From Ruditapes philippinarum (taxonomy: Eukaryota), in the NCBI RefSeq assembly GCF_026571515.1, contig NW_026865099.1, positions 62,001-126,000 of the forward strand: DNA of 64,000 nt. The letters run 5' to 3'. Shown piece after piece: positions 43,201-54,788 of the stretch. Made by a program: the position numbers and the translations under genes. Numbering within the stretch: position 1 is the first letter of the stretch; the number at the start of each line of letters is the position of its first letter. The notes beneath the pieces were generated by a model. That model did no database searches and had not been told where the DNA came from. It saw only the letters and a program-made list of their open reading frames with translations.

Positions 43201-46200
43201 ATGTTATTAATTGACTTATTTATCTAACATAAAGATGGTTAATGTTTCCCAAACTTTGGCTAACTGAGCAATTCTCACAATGCATCGATATAATGGCGTG
43301 ACCTAATTCTTCAACCTGTTTGACATGTCTGTAAATATCCGTTTATTCCAAAGCTAAAAACTATATATCAGTGATGTTTGCCAAGTAAATATTATGGCAA
43401 AAGGATCAAAATAAATGATACAAATTAAATATTCAGTGAGATTTGATTTTTTTAAATTCAGTTGTGATTTATGGGTAAATAGATCGATACAACAGGGTTC
43501 CAGGCTAAACTATGAATAACTTGCCTTATTACAAATTAATGCTTTCTGTTTTCTCATTTATATGTCTTTAAAAGTTATGTCTCTACAAGTTTGCAGAAAG
43601 GTATACCTAAAAATTCTGAGTAATGATATATGTAGGAATACTTAATATTAACTTTATAATGTAAAATCTTGTTTGTTTGCAGTGACTCGAAGCAATTGAA
43701 GACTTGTGGCGATGATTTGGCCGACAGTTTGATTGAAGACATTGGTATACCTGCTACCAAGCAAAGGTAAACTATGAATAGTAAATGAAACAATTTCTCT
43801 TTGTATACCCACCCTATAAAATGCCGGGCATGATGGCGCGGTGGTTAGTGCACTTGTTTTTCATTTTGAGAGTTGTAGCTTTGATTCTCGGTCAGGCCAT
43901 TTCTCTCGGACCAATTGATAAAAGTCCTTGTGTCTTAAGTCTTTCGTCTCGCACCTCTGTTTCAAGTGAGGCAGAAAAAGAGGTAATATGTCTAAAATGA
44001 TATGGAGAGTGTGTGCACAAGTTAATTTTTGAATCAGTTTTTAAAGGCGTGGTTATCAGTTTTTAAAGGTCTACATTTCAACAACTTTTCATGCAGGTAC
44101 CCTGTAGGAACTAACCTTCTCATCAGAAATGGATCAGAAAGTTTTAAAGCTGTTGTAAGTAGTAATGTTTTAACAGATTGGTTAAATTCAGTACACAAAA
44201 AAAGGCAATGCAAACTAGCAAATTTGTCAGCTGTCTGTCAAAAGGTGCAATCAGTATTTTTTTTCAATTTTTCTGGAAATGGACAAAGATTTATCAGCGT
44301 TTATAAGAAGCTAAACAATTAGTACTGACTTTATTCTTCAATGCATTACTTTTGTTTGGCCTGTATTGTGCTGTTCCATTTTTGTTACTTTGGAAGTTAT
44401 GTTTTTAAAAAAAATTGTTACTTGTGAGTTAAAAAGTTGTTTTTTTGTCTTCATCACATTTAATATATGTTAAAACCCAATATAAGGCACTCTTGCTGAC
44501 AAGATTTGCAGTCAGATATCAATCTCCGGAGTTCATGAGTTTAAGCCTTAGCCATACAACATGAGTTGAATTCCCAGCCATATAACAGTATTTCAAGCCC
44601 CAGCCATATAGCATTTATTTAATAAAGATTAATTATTAAATAATTTTTATAATACTGCATGTTTGTAACGTCGCTTTTCATTGGATAATCTTGATGTTTA
44701 TATAGTGTTTTATACACGTGACACAGCTATTGTTGATTAATAAAGAAATCTTGCTTTATTCCTCTAAAAATGATCCTTGCTAGCGATTTGGGTTTTATTT
44801 TACAAACAGCCATTTATATAGGGCCATATAACCTGTCAAAAATCTTTATAACTAATAATATAGCCTTACTATTCAGGTAAAGCAGTTGTCTGTTCATGTG
44901 CAAATATTATTTGTTTATACATGTAGTGTATATGCATTTTTAAGTCTTTTCTTCCGGTTAATATTGTGATGATATGAAGCAACATTTGAATGTCAATCAG
45001 CTTGACTTCATTACCAGTTGTGGATACTTGGTAAATACATTTGATTGGTTCATTGAGTCCAGTTTGACCTCTTTGATAGATACTGGTAATTGATTAAATG
45101 TTATTGGTGCAACAAGTCATTGATTGTACATCATTTTGCAGGTTGTTCAAACCCATGAGCTGCACAGAGAGGAGAAAGTCTATGGATTGTGGGTCCAGTT
45201 CTATAAGAAAGGAAAGCGACAATTATGGACATTGGAGGAGAAATCTTTCTTTGTTTGTTGGGAGGATATCATTAAACAAGTTGCTGAACCTACTGTCTAT
45301 GCATGGATCTAGATAATACTACAAATTTTGAGTGTTTGGTGTACAGTTACACTTAATAGCCCATCAGAAAGGCCGACATGGTGACTTGTGCTTTTACATC
45401 CAATTTGGTGTAGACTGTTTTCATACTTTCTTACAAAAACTGTTAGAAATATAATATATCTTTTGAAAAGTTTCAATAGCCATTGTCAATTTATTTTGTA
45501 AAATACGTTCTTTAGTGCCTAGAACAGTTGATGGCCAGTGTTTTGACAGTTAATTTCGGATAATGTCCAAATAAATTTACATAATTTACTTGTTTGCTCT
45601 TAGAAAACTTTTACTTGTTGTCATTTGTTTTCTTGTATCCATTGCGAAAAAGTACTTTAGAAATTGTGAAAGAACATTTGTTCCGTCCAAAAATGATGGT
45701 AGCAACAATTTGTTCCGTCCAAAAATGATGCTAGCAACAATTTGTTCCGTCAAAAAATGACGTTTAGCAACATCATCAAAAATGAATAAATCTGTATCTG
45801 GCCTGTTCCCTGCAGAGATAGTACTTCCTTTACATACAGTTTTCAATCTTTTATTACTTAGAATAAAATGCTGCTAATTATAATAAAGAGAATGCTTAAT
45901 TTTTCCAATTTCTGAATGTTGTGAACGTAAAAATATCCGTCAAATATTCTGTCAAATAATGACGTTAGCAACATGAAATTTAAAACATGATTAAAACTCA
46001 AAAATACATCTGCTATAATTTTTATTTTCATGTTTTTGACCTAATATAATAGCAATCTTATCATATATATTAAAAAAACTGCAATTATTTTATATGTACA
46101 AAAAAATATCCTTGGGAGCTATTTTGACGGAAATTTTATGTTCTTAAATGGAAGCTGTCTGTTGTAGATTCGAATCCCACTAGGGACATCAGATTTTTTC

Positions 46201-48919
46201 ATGCAAGGAAACTATCCAGCTAGCTTACAGAATGTGAGTGGTTCTACTGTGGTGGAAATGCACAGATATTTACTTTTAAAACTTGTTGTCACACCAGTAA
46301 AGCTGACAGTGTCATCTGACATGATGAAAGTCATAGTGTCTCAATGCCAAAAAAATATCCAAAGTAAATAATTATCATTCATGTACATTATAATGAAATT
46401 GTAAACTACAGAAGTTTGTATTTTTTTCAGTAACCACACCCAGAAGTTCATCAGCATGTGGTAAGGCGGATTCAGATATCAAGATACGCGTCAGCGCATT
46501 TGTACAGAAACATTTTGGACAGATACGTCGTATATCTAATGGTGACAAGAAAGCTATTGAATGGATGATGATTAAATGGTTACAAGCAGAGAGAAAAAGA
46601 CTTACTAAATCTATAGACGAGGCATATATGGGTAAAACGTCTTCTAATTTTTCTAATTTTGTTTCTTTGATTTAAATCACACTGACTATGGTGACAATCC
46701 AGTTTTATGAAAAGAGACAAAGGTATCTCTCTGTGCATCATTTGAGACAATTGTGAAGGCACCTTAGCAGAACCATCAACCTTTTGTTATCTTAAAGCAG
46801 GATAGCCTCTTCCAAAGAAAGAATCAAAAGTCCCTGTTTTAACTTATGTTTATACAGATACTTGTTTTCCATATGGTTTTAGAAATTTATCAAACATTTC
46901 CCAGGATTTATACTTAGATATATAATGTAATCCAATTTAATTTTCATTTAAAAATTTAAGACTATATATTAAGTTGATAATGAATGACAAATTTCTTTAT
47001 CTAGGCAACTGACATAACACAAGTTACCTTGAAATTATTCCATAGGAAAGAGTATAGCAAGTTGCTGACAGTTTCAGTGCAATAATTTGCCTCAAATGGA
47101 AACGGCAATCCTTTAAAAATTGTCTTACTTTTTGTCAATAAATTGTATTTTGTCAATACAGAAACCCATCAGACGGATGTTCTTCAGAGTGAGAAGGTGA
47201 AGGACAAACTTTTCTTCCTTTACACCAAGATTGTGATGAAACAACAGAAATCTCCAGTGAAAAAGATCCTGGGCAGAGCAAAGGTACATCAAATATTACA
47301 GGGACTCCACTGAGGTTTTTTGACATGATGGGATTAGGATTTTTTTCAAAGATTTGTGTACCATTTGATGTATATCTGAACCACTAGCTTTTTGCAAATT
47401 TTCAGATTATTCTCTTGTCCTGTTTTTATAGAATATTCATTACAACCTTCTCCCTTAATAAAGTCAGTAAGATCTCCCTTAATAAAGTCAGTAAGAATTG
47501 CAGTTACTATAAATTTTCACTTTAATTCTGAGTATATTTCTTTATTATCCATTCTTTTTGCATTCTAAGTACTTCACTTGATTTATGTAAAAGTTTATGT
47601 AGTCAGTGGAGCTATTTTAGCTATCTTTTTACTTACATTGTTAAATGAAACTTTGCTACAGTATATATTTCATGGGTATACTGGAACCTAGAAAGAGAGT
47701 AGTCAAGCAATGTTGCAAACCATCAATATTTAAATGCACATTATGTCATAGAAATGAATTTATTGTTCCTTCCTCAGAAAGGACAAACATGTATTTTATA
47801 ATGTTTTACTAACAGATATAGAGCATTTTGGATGATTTTCATCTGAAGAAAATACAAGTAAATGTAAAATAATCTGTCAAAAAAGTAGCAAAATGTACAA
47901 TATTTTGACTTAAATTACAAAATACTTAATCACTACAACTGAACTTATTTCCAAAAATGCATCAGAAGGAAATGATGTTTGAGCTATATAGTTCAAGAAT
48001 AACTTTTTGGAAATTAAAACCGGGCACTTAAATTTGATTTTTAAAGATTTTGAGGCATTCTCCTCTATACTATAAAGTAGGCCTAATATTTTCTAAGAGC
48101 TTATAGGCCTGTTAAGCATACTTACAGCCACTATATATAAGGCAACTACTATTGTTAAGTCATGATGTTAGTCACTTCATACAAATACAAAAACAAACAT
48201 TATAAATTTTTTTTAATGATTCACTAAAGGCAATAAGTGATGGAGTTGAAGGAGCAGTTACACCTATAGAAGACAAGAACAGAGACATTGCTCCACAAGA
48301 TATAAACTTTGATGTCCTTAAAGCAGAAATTGATGATCTCTTCACTCATATGGACTACATGGAAAAACAAATTGACAGAAGTTATGACTATATAAATGGT
48401 AGAATGAGTGGGAAGGACATATCTATACTTGTACATGAATTATGTGGAGAGTACAGATATAAAGAGAAAGAATTGGTTCAAGAAAAAGTGAAGACAGAAA
48501 AAATGTTAGTCGAGTTGTACACTTTCTCCACAAACTCTAGTAAGCTTGAGAATACGATACATGCTCAAGAGCATGAAATCATAGCACTTAAAGAGCAGAT
48601 AAATAGAGTAAAAGAAGACAACTTGTTGCTTATTAAAGAAGTTACGGAACTTGAAAAAGCCAAGTTAATTCATCTTGAAAAAGAGAAGACACTGATTGAG
48701 CTGAAGAAAGCAAAGGAAGATCTACATGTAATGATATCAGTGGTAAATAAAGAGAATAAAGAATTAAGGGAGAAGATGCAGCAAGGAATAGCAAGAAATA
48801 CTGGAGGTAGACTGTATCAAAATAATAGAAGAGCACTGGCAAATACAACAAACAATGCACAGAAAGCTGTACCGAGAAGAGTGGTGCAAAAGAAAAGATC
48901 TGTTAGTTTTAAGATGTGA
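40283..48919 (+). CDS. CARD + coiled-coil protein, paralog 4 (about 449 aa, 5 coding exons)
   Basis: Exons 40283-40417, 41043-41244 (MLEFLPKRGPDAFDSFCEALHEDYPWVAKLL), 46431-46631 (TTPR...ADSDIKIRVSAFVQKHFGQIRRISNGDKKAIEW...LQAERKR), 47162-47283 and 48230-48919. Phases 0/1/1/0, total 1350 nt. The last acceptor is a weaker AAG. The C-terminus aligns with paralog 2 (EKxKTEKMLxELY, KLEN, HLEKEKTL). Confidence 0.85.
40810..41000 (-). mobile_element. tRNA-derived SINE in intron 1 of paralog 4
   Basis: Core GGCACCTGAGTAGAACCAC...AAGCTAGCTGGATAGCTTCCTCACATG and a tRNA-like head. Confidence 0.65.
42580..42680. repeat. short tandem AGTCA(A/G)ATCGGCCCCA repeats (orphan transposon terminus)
   Basis: About 6 copies of a 16-18-bp unit. 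No inverted partner seen in the window. Confidence 0.7.
42918..43505. mobile_element. degenerate pogo/Tc1-like MITE nested in the 4.67-kb element
   Basis: TA|TAGTGGAACCCCATTGTATCG ... CGATACAACAGGGTTCCAGGC|TA. Confidence 0.55.
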
Positions 48920-49554
48920 ATTTACTGATAAATTTTAAATATAAATTGTTATTGAATAGATAATGTTATTGAATGTTTATGCCAAACATTAATGCTAGCT
49001 ATTATAATCAAATCATAGGGCAAAAAAAAATCTACTTTCTACTGATTTACTTGAAAAATTTGTGAAATGATTGTATAAAAGAAATAAATCTTTCAAATCA
49101 TGATACATATGTATATATTTATGATATTTAATAAAAATTTTCATACTAAATGTTTAGATACTTTACATATAAATGCCATTTGTAATTCATATTCATGCAA
49201 TGGCATCTAATCACCAAAACATAAAGTTCTCAAACTTTACAGCAGCCCAGTGTGACTTTCTGTTCCCTTAAAAAACATGTTCATACAAAAGATCAATCAC
49301 CAAAACAGTCTTCAAATAAAACTCCCAATTTTCCTGCAATGGGGCACATAATTTCATATTTGGAACTTAATTTGACAAAAGTGGATTTTACTTTGCCAGA
49401 CTCAAAATTATGATCTGTTTTGTTTACCTTTACTAAGTAAGAAAATATATATATATTGCTATTATAATACAGTGTACTCCATTTATAACGAGATCGGTTT
49501 TAACGAAGTACTGCTTATAACATACATTCTTTTGTGTCCCGGCCTTTTCCCTTA

Positions 49555-49648
49555 AATTTCCTAAGGTTTTGTTGCTTCAATTTCCTAAGGTTTTGTTGCT
49601 TCAATTTCCTAAGGTTTTGTTGCTTCAATTTCCTAAGGTTTTGTTGCT
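49555..49648. repeat. 24-bp tandem repeat x4 inside a pogo-like MITE fragment starting at about 49470
   Basis: AATTTCCTAAGGTTTTGTTGCTTC repeated; upstream TA|CAGTGTACTCCATTTATAACG terminus. Confidence 0.8.
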
Positions 49649-51122
49649 CGCTCTGAGCTCCTGGCTAATTTGTCCTTTAAGTGACAAAATGTTATAACAA
49701 AACAACATTTTTGAGTAATTAACACAAATGAAACAGCTTATTTCTTACAGTGTTATTCGGTGCTCGTGAGAAATTCACTGCATGAATTTTGAAACTTAGA
49801 TTTAAAATGTACATTAAAATAAAATCACACATGTTTAGAAGTAGAAGTCATCGACTCTTACCCCTCGAGTCATTTTAGATTTTGGAGGATAGTTCAAGAT
49901 ACAGATACAGAAAAAATTCTAGAAGCTAGCTTATTCTAGAAGCTTCTCCCAGTTCTTTAGTGTGCCAAGTGTTAAAGCACTCATAGCTGGGACCTCAATT
50001 TAAGGTCTTATCTGAAAGACTGCTTTAAAAGATTTTTGTTAGCAACCTTGGGAATCGAACCCACAATGTCAACATTACAAGTCTCGCGCTCTTACGGATT
50101 TGCCTATGCGCCCGTATAGGTTCACTGCCAAAATAACATTTTAATATATGATATTTACAATTTATATTAAGGGAGGAGTTACTTTTTCAAATCCAAAATA
50201 TAAGACAACCCTTTTATTTAAATATATGTATCTACAGAACAATTAACCTGTATAGAAGAGGCCATGTGGATCTGGCATTGTGATTTGATATGAACAATAA
50301 AATGAATTAACTAAAACAAGCCTAAATGTGTTATCTATGAACAGATTTTCAAAAGAAGTGAAATTTGATAGAAAGAACACAATGACACTAGTGAGTCACT
50401 CTTTGTTTCATATTGCTTAAAGACAATAAACTTTTGTAATAACTACAATGAGGCAATGTGACATACTGAAAAGTGAATTTAAACATAATGTGGGTGACAA
50501 CAACCTGGATAAATCGCTATTTTTATAGGCAGTTATTTAAAAGAAATATAAAAAAACAGCCAAAATAAGCTTTAATTAAGATGTGAATCTGAATGGATAA
50601 TTAGAATTTTAAATATGTGTTAGGAAGAACTGGCAAAACCTTTGCATTAATGTTGTTTAAGGTCAAAGAAAATGAATTGTTTAGGTCATAAAAACCATGA
50701 AAACAAACATTATAATACTCATGGAAAGATTGAGGAAATACTTGTTTTGCCATTTTGGAAAGTAATGCTCCAAGTTGAAAAACCAATGAGCTTGAATGTT
50801 TGACTTAACACTGGAATTTTTAAAACTTGAAAACATTTTGAATCAAATTGTGAAAAGGAGAAGCTCTGTCAATTTATTTCAATTTTATATAATCTCTAAG
50901 CTGTTTATCTTAATCAAAACTCAAAGCAATTATGCCAGTGTTTTTTCTCACTTAAATGGGCTTTTGGAAAAAATCATCACTCAAATTGATAATTTGGGAA
51001 GAAAGAGCTGGTGAAAGTTCAGAAGTTTCAGAAAACTGCATGATATTAATGAAAATTTATATTGGTAAGAGAGCTTTTATTGGTCTTCGTGATATGTATG
51101 GTGAAAAATCACTGCATACATC

Positions 51123-51130
51123 TATATAAA
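51123..51130 (+). promoter_or_regulatory. candidate TATA box of paralog 5
   Basis: TATATAAA(G) starts 43 nt upstream of the ATG and no strong acceptor lies in between. The AT-rich background lowers confidence. Confidence 0.3.
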
Positions 51131-51165
51131 GACAAAATCTAACCTCAGACATTAAACCATCAAAC

Positions 51166-52467
51166 ATGGACCAGAAGGAACGGCGAGCCTTGGACAAATG
51201 CTTCGATGGATTTCTCCGTGACCTTGACCCATCCACATCATTCATACATTCCTTGTATGCAGAGGGTGTCCTTACTGAGGAACAAATGGACAGAATCAGT
51301 GTAAGTACCCTTTATGTGTATGTAAGAATTACATAAAAAGTCAAATCTTTATTGACTAGTCTTGGAAATTTGGTAAACAGGTTGTCTACATAATTATCAC
51401 TGTATTTTTGTGCAGCGTGATGGTCTATAGTTTAAAGAAATTTAAATCAACAAATAAACTGATTCGAAAAAGGTGTTTTGTGATCAGGTTGATAAATTTG
51501 ATAAAAGGTAGTAAACTTTTCACTTGAAGTTTTTTAAATGATTTAAAACATATCTATTAATAGAAGAAAGGAAGCTGAGAAGTTATCCTTCACTAGACCT
51601 CCGTATATAACTGTAAACTAACGAAATTAAAACAGTAATCCAGTGACCGAGGTTTCCCTATTATTCTTATTTCAGGATTTAAACCTATCAAATATGAACT
51701 TATAAATGCTCATTGAGCAAACTTATCCTTTGTTGCTTCTCAAATGAAATGGGAAAAAAATCATTTTTTATCTGTATCTTCAGAAAATCTCTTCAAGAGA
51801 GACCCAGGTAGCCATGTTGATTAGATTCCTCCCTCATCGTGGACCAAATGCCTTTACTGTGTTCAAAGACAAGCTTGAGAAGGACTATCCCTGGCTTGCC
51901 CAGAGGCTTGCAGATGAGCTAAAGAAGCTTCAAAGTGGTCAAGCAAGCATTAATAAGAGACTGGTAACTACAATAGAAACAAAGCTTGTTCCACTGGTAT
52001 ATTCTGGAGGAGCAGGTTTTGATATGTGCGATGAAAAAGCACACCCTGGTGTCATTATAGAAAAACTTGGTGATTTGTTAAACAGTCTTGAACTGAAGTG
52101 TCACAAAGCTCTTGATATAACAGCAATTGGAAAGCACAAAACTCCAATACATAAACTCATAGAAGATAGACTAAGACAAGAGAAGAGGAAGGAAGGTAAT
52201 GAAGATGTAGATGACCTTAACAAAGAGGTTAAAGACTTGAAACGGCAAGTCAGAGAGATGACTAAGCTGAAATCTGAAAATGAAAAACTGAAAACTGTTA
52301 TATCTAGACAGAAGGAGAAGCTAAAAGACTACAATAAAATGTCAAGAGATTCTAAAAGACATAAGCAGGATATGGAGAAGTTTAAGAAGGAGACTGAAAT
52401 GTTAAGATATGAGGTAGAGACATTGAGAGAGCAGCTTAGGAGTAATATATCTAACCCTTATGCTTAA
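51166..52467 (+). CDS. short CARD + coiled-coil protein, paralog 5 (272 aa, 2 coding exons)
   Basis: Exons 51166-51300 (MDQKERRALDKCFDGFLRDLDPSTSFIHSLYAEGVLTEEQMDRIS, donor gtaagt) and 51784-52467 (KISSRETQVAMLIRFLPHRGPNAFTVFKDKLEKDYPWLAQRL... then coiled coil). Confidence 0.93.
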
Positions 52468-54788
52468 AGCTGTTCATTGAAGTAAACTGGGAATGTAAAA
52501 CCAGTTTTTTTCTTTTACTCGACTTTGTCATCTAATATACTCTTAGATTACAAGGGTTGTTCAAAATTAAAAAGGACTCAAGAGTATGGCATCTTTATAA
52601 TCCATTTACTAATGAAACTTTTTTAATGTAAATTTTTTCGAAGAGTGGGGGAAGAATTTGAACATTTTATTTCTCCCTTCATCACCACAAATGAGGACTG
52701 GCTATAGTTACATGATCAAGAAACCTTGTGCACTCGGGGAGAAAACTTTCAGAAATAATGATGTTTGTTGCAATTTGTATTCATTTTGGCAACAGCATGA
52801 ATGTCATTCACTGTATTGTTGTTGTGCTCCGTGTCACATACCCCTTGTTATTTATAATTTTTACAGAATTGTTACACTTAAACATATTGTATTGATTTTT
52901 TTCACTGTATATAAAGAAAATATGTGCCCATAATTATGTCTTTTGTAAAACTGTGTACCGAATTAAAGGATGTAACAGTAGAGCTGCAGTCCTATTGCTT
53001 TTTACCAACCCTTGTTCTAGAATTGATAAAGAAATTTTGATCTTCCTGTTTACAACAAAAATGTGATATTCCACTTCTTTGTGTGTTACTTAAAGTAGTT
53101 TTATTTCTTTACAACAACAATACATATCTAAATAATAAATTGTTTCAATGTGTTGTATTTGGTGATTTTAAACCAATGGTTTGTTTGTTTTTCTACTTTT
53201 TATGTAGATTTCAATACATTTCTTTGGTCATATCCCTGCACTCTATCCACTTAAAATGTCCTTCAGCTTCTCTAAAGGTTATATATGTAAATTTTAGATT
53301 AATAGTTTCAAATAATTGTCAAATCAAAAACAATTAATGTGAAAAATGAATTTGCCAACGATAGAATAAATAAACAATAAGGACACTTCTTGGTACCTCT
53401 TATCTACCGAAAAGTTTGATATTTTTTCTCTAATGAATAAACAGGACAAGTACATATTGCAGGTCAGGACAAGTCGAACTGACATCCTTACAGAAAATTA
53501 CAGGGTTACAGTAAGACAACATAATAGTAATAGTATACCATAATTATGAAAATTAATGTTCATCTGAACCCATATTAACCTGCTGTGAATTTGTGTAATG
53601 ACTTTGCCCAGCTTTCAAGTTTGAATAGTCCTGTGACATTCACAGTTTCAGACATTTCAATATCAAAATACAAAAGTTAAGCTACCAACTGTGCAGAGCC
53701 TGACCAGACTGGGTTGGAAGCACAAAAGAGTCAGGCTGAGACTACACTAGTAGAAAAACAGCTCATTAATTGATTTCAGTACCACTAAATAATGTTAAGA
53801 TTAATGCTTCTAGATAAAGAATCAGGTTTTGGTTGGTTTCTTGTCAAACGATTCTCAACTTTCTAACGCTGAATCAAATATTTTGACCTTACAGAAGAGT
53901 ATATTTTTTTGTCACTCCTGCAGTTTCGCAAATTGAAAATTCTTATAACCACTCACTGGTAGTAGGCAGTGACCTGAATGACTTTATTATACAGTACAAT
54001 TGTTCTAATTTTAACAAAATCAACAAGGAAAATCGTGTAGTACGGACCTTGACATGACATTAAGTGTTTCTAAATATATATTTGACTAAATAAATTTTAA
54101 AGTTCTTTTTAATTTTTCTGAAATAAGACACTGTTCCAAAACATTAAGGGTTATACTTGAGATATAATTATCAAAGAAAATGTAAAATATCCTCATATAT
54201 AAAAATAACAAGTCGTTGGTATTATAACAAAAGACTGAAATTAAAATCTTTTATCAAAGACAATAGAAAATTAATGGTTTGATAATCTCCAATCACCTTA
54301 TGATATGTAAATAGAAATAAACTTTAAAAAGGGAATCTTTAATTTTCCATTAAGTCATGCATTTTGGTCAGGTTCCAAACAAATAACTATTTCTTATATT
54401 TATAGACTTAGAGAAGACATTTTGATAGAAAATTTTGTGTCAGCTTAAAGGGCTGTTGCCTGATTAATAGCACTCTTATTTACACTCTTAAGAACACACA
54501 AGAAAATTTGTTGCAAAATTGTTTTTTTTTATTATTTAAAGCAGTGGAATAGTGTATGAAGTTGAAATACAAATAAATAAAGCAGACACATTAAATTCTT
54601 TTTTTAAGTGACTAAATAAACTGATATGACAGTCAAACAAAAGTAATTAAAAAAACAATGGCAGAATAAATTATGTTAACTGATGTGAAAAGATTTTATA
54701 CACTTTGAAAAGGATTAGTATATTAGACAAACATTAGTATAAAACAAACATTTCGGATATATAGAATAGTATAACATATAAAATAAAC

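Larger units (their letters stand above)
41488..46159. mobile_element. 4.67-kb DNA transposon relic with 35-bp TIRs in intron 2 of paralog 4
   Basis: Left GACAGCTTCCATTTAAGAACGTAAAAGTTCTGTCA versus right TGACGGAAATTTTATGTTCTTAAATGGAAGCTGTC (outer 20 bp perfect). Many TTTTGACGG / CCGTC(A/C)AAAA subterminal motifs in opposite orientation at the two ends. No TSD visible. Confidence 0.75.

Noticed and set aside
53006-53271. Two candidate minus-strand mini-exons (53271-53218, 53045-53006) as a CCDC73 continuation
   Set aside because: Joining either to the phase-1 donor at 58091 gives an immediate stop, and the peptide does not resemble CCDC73.
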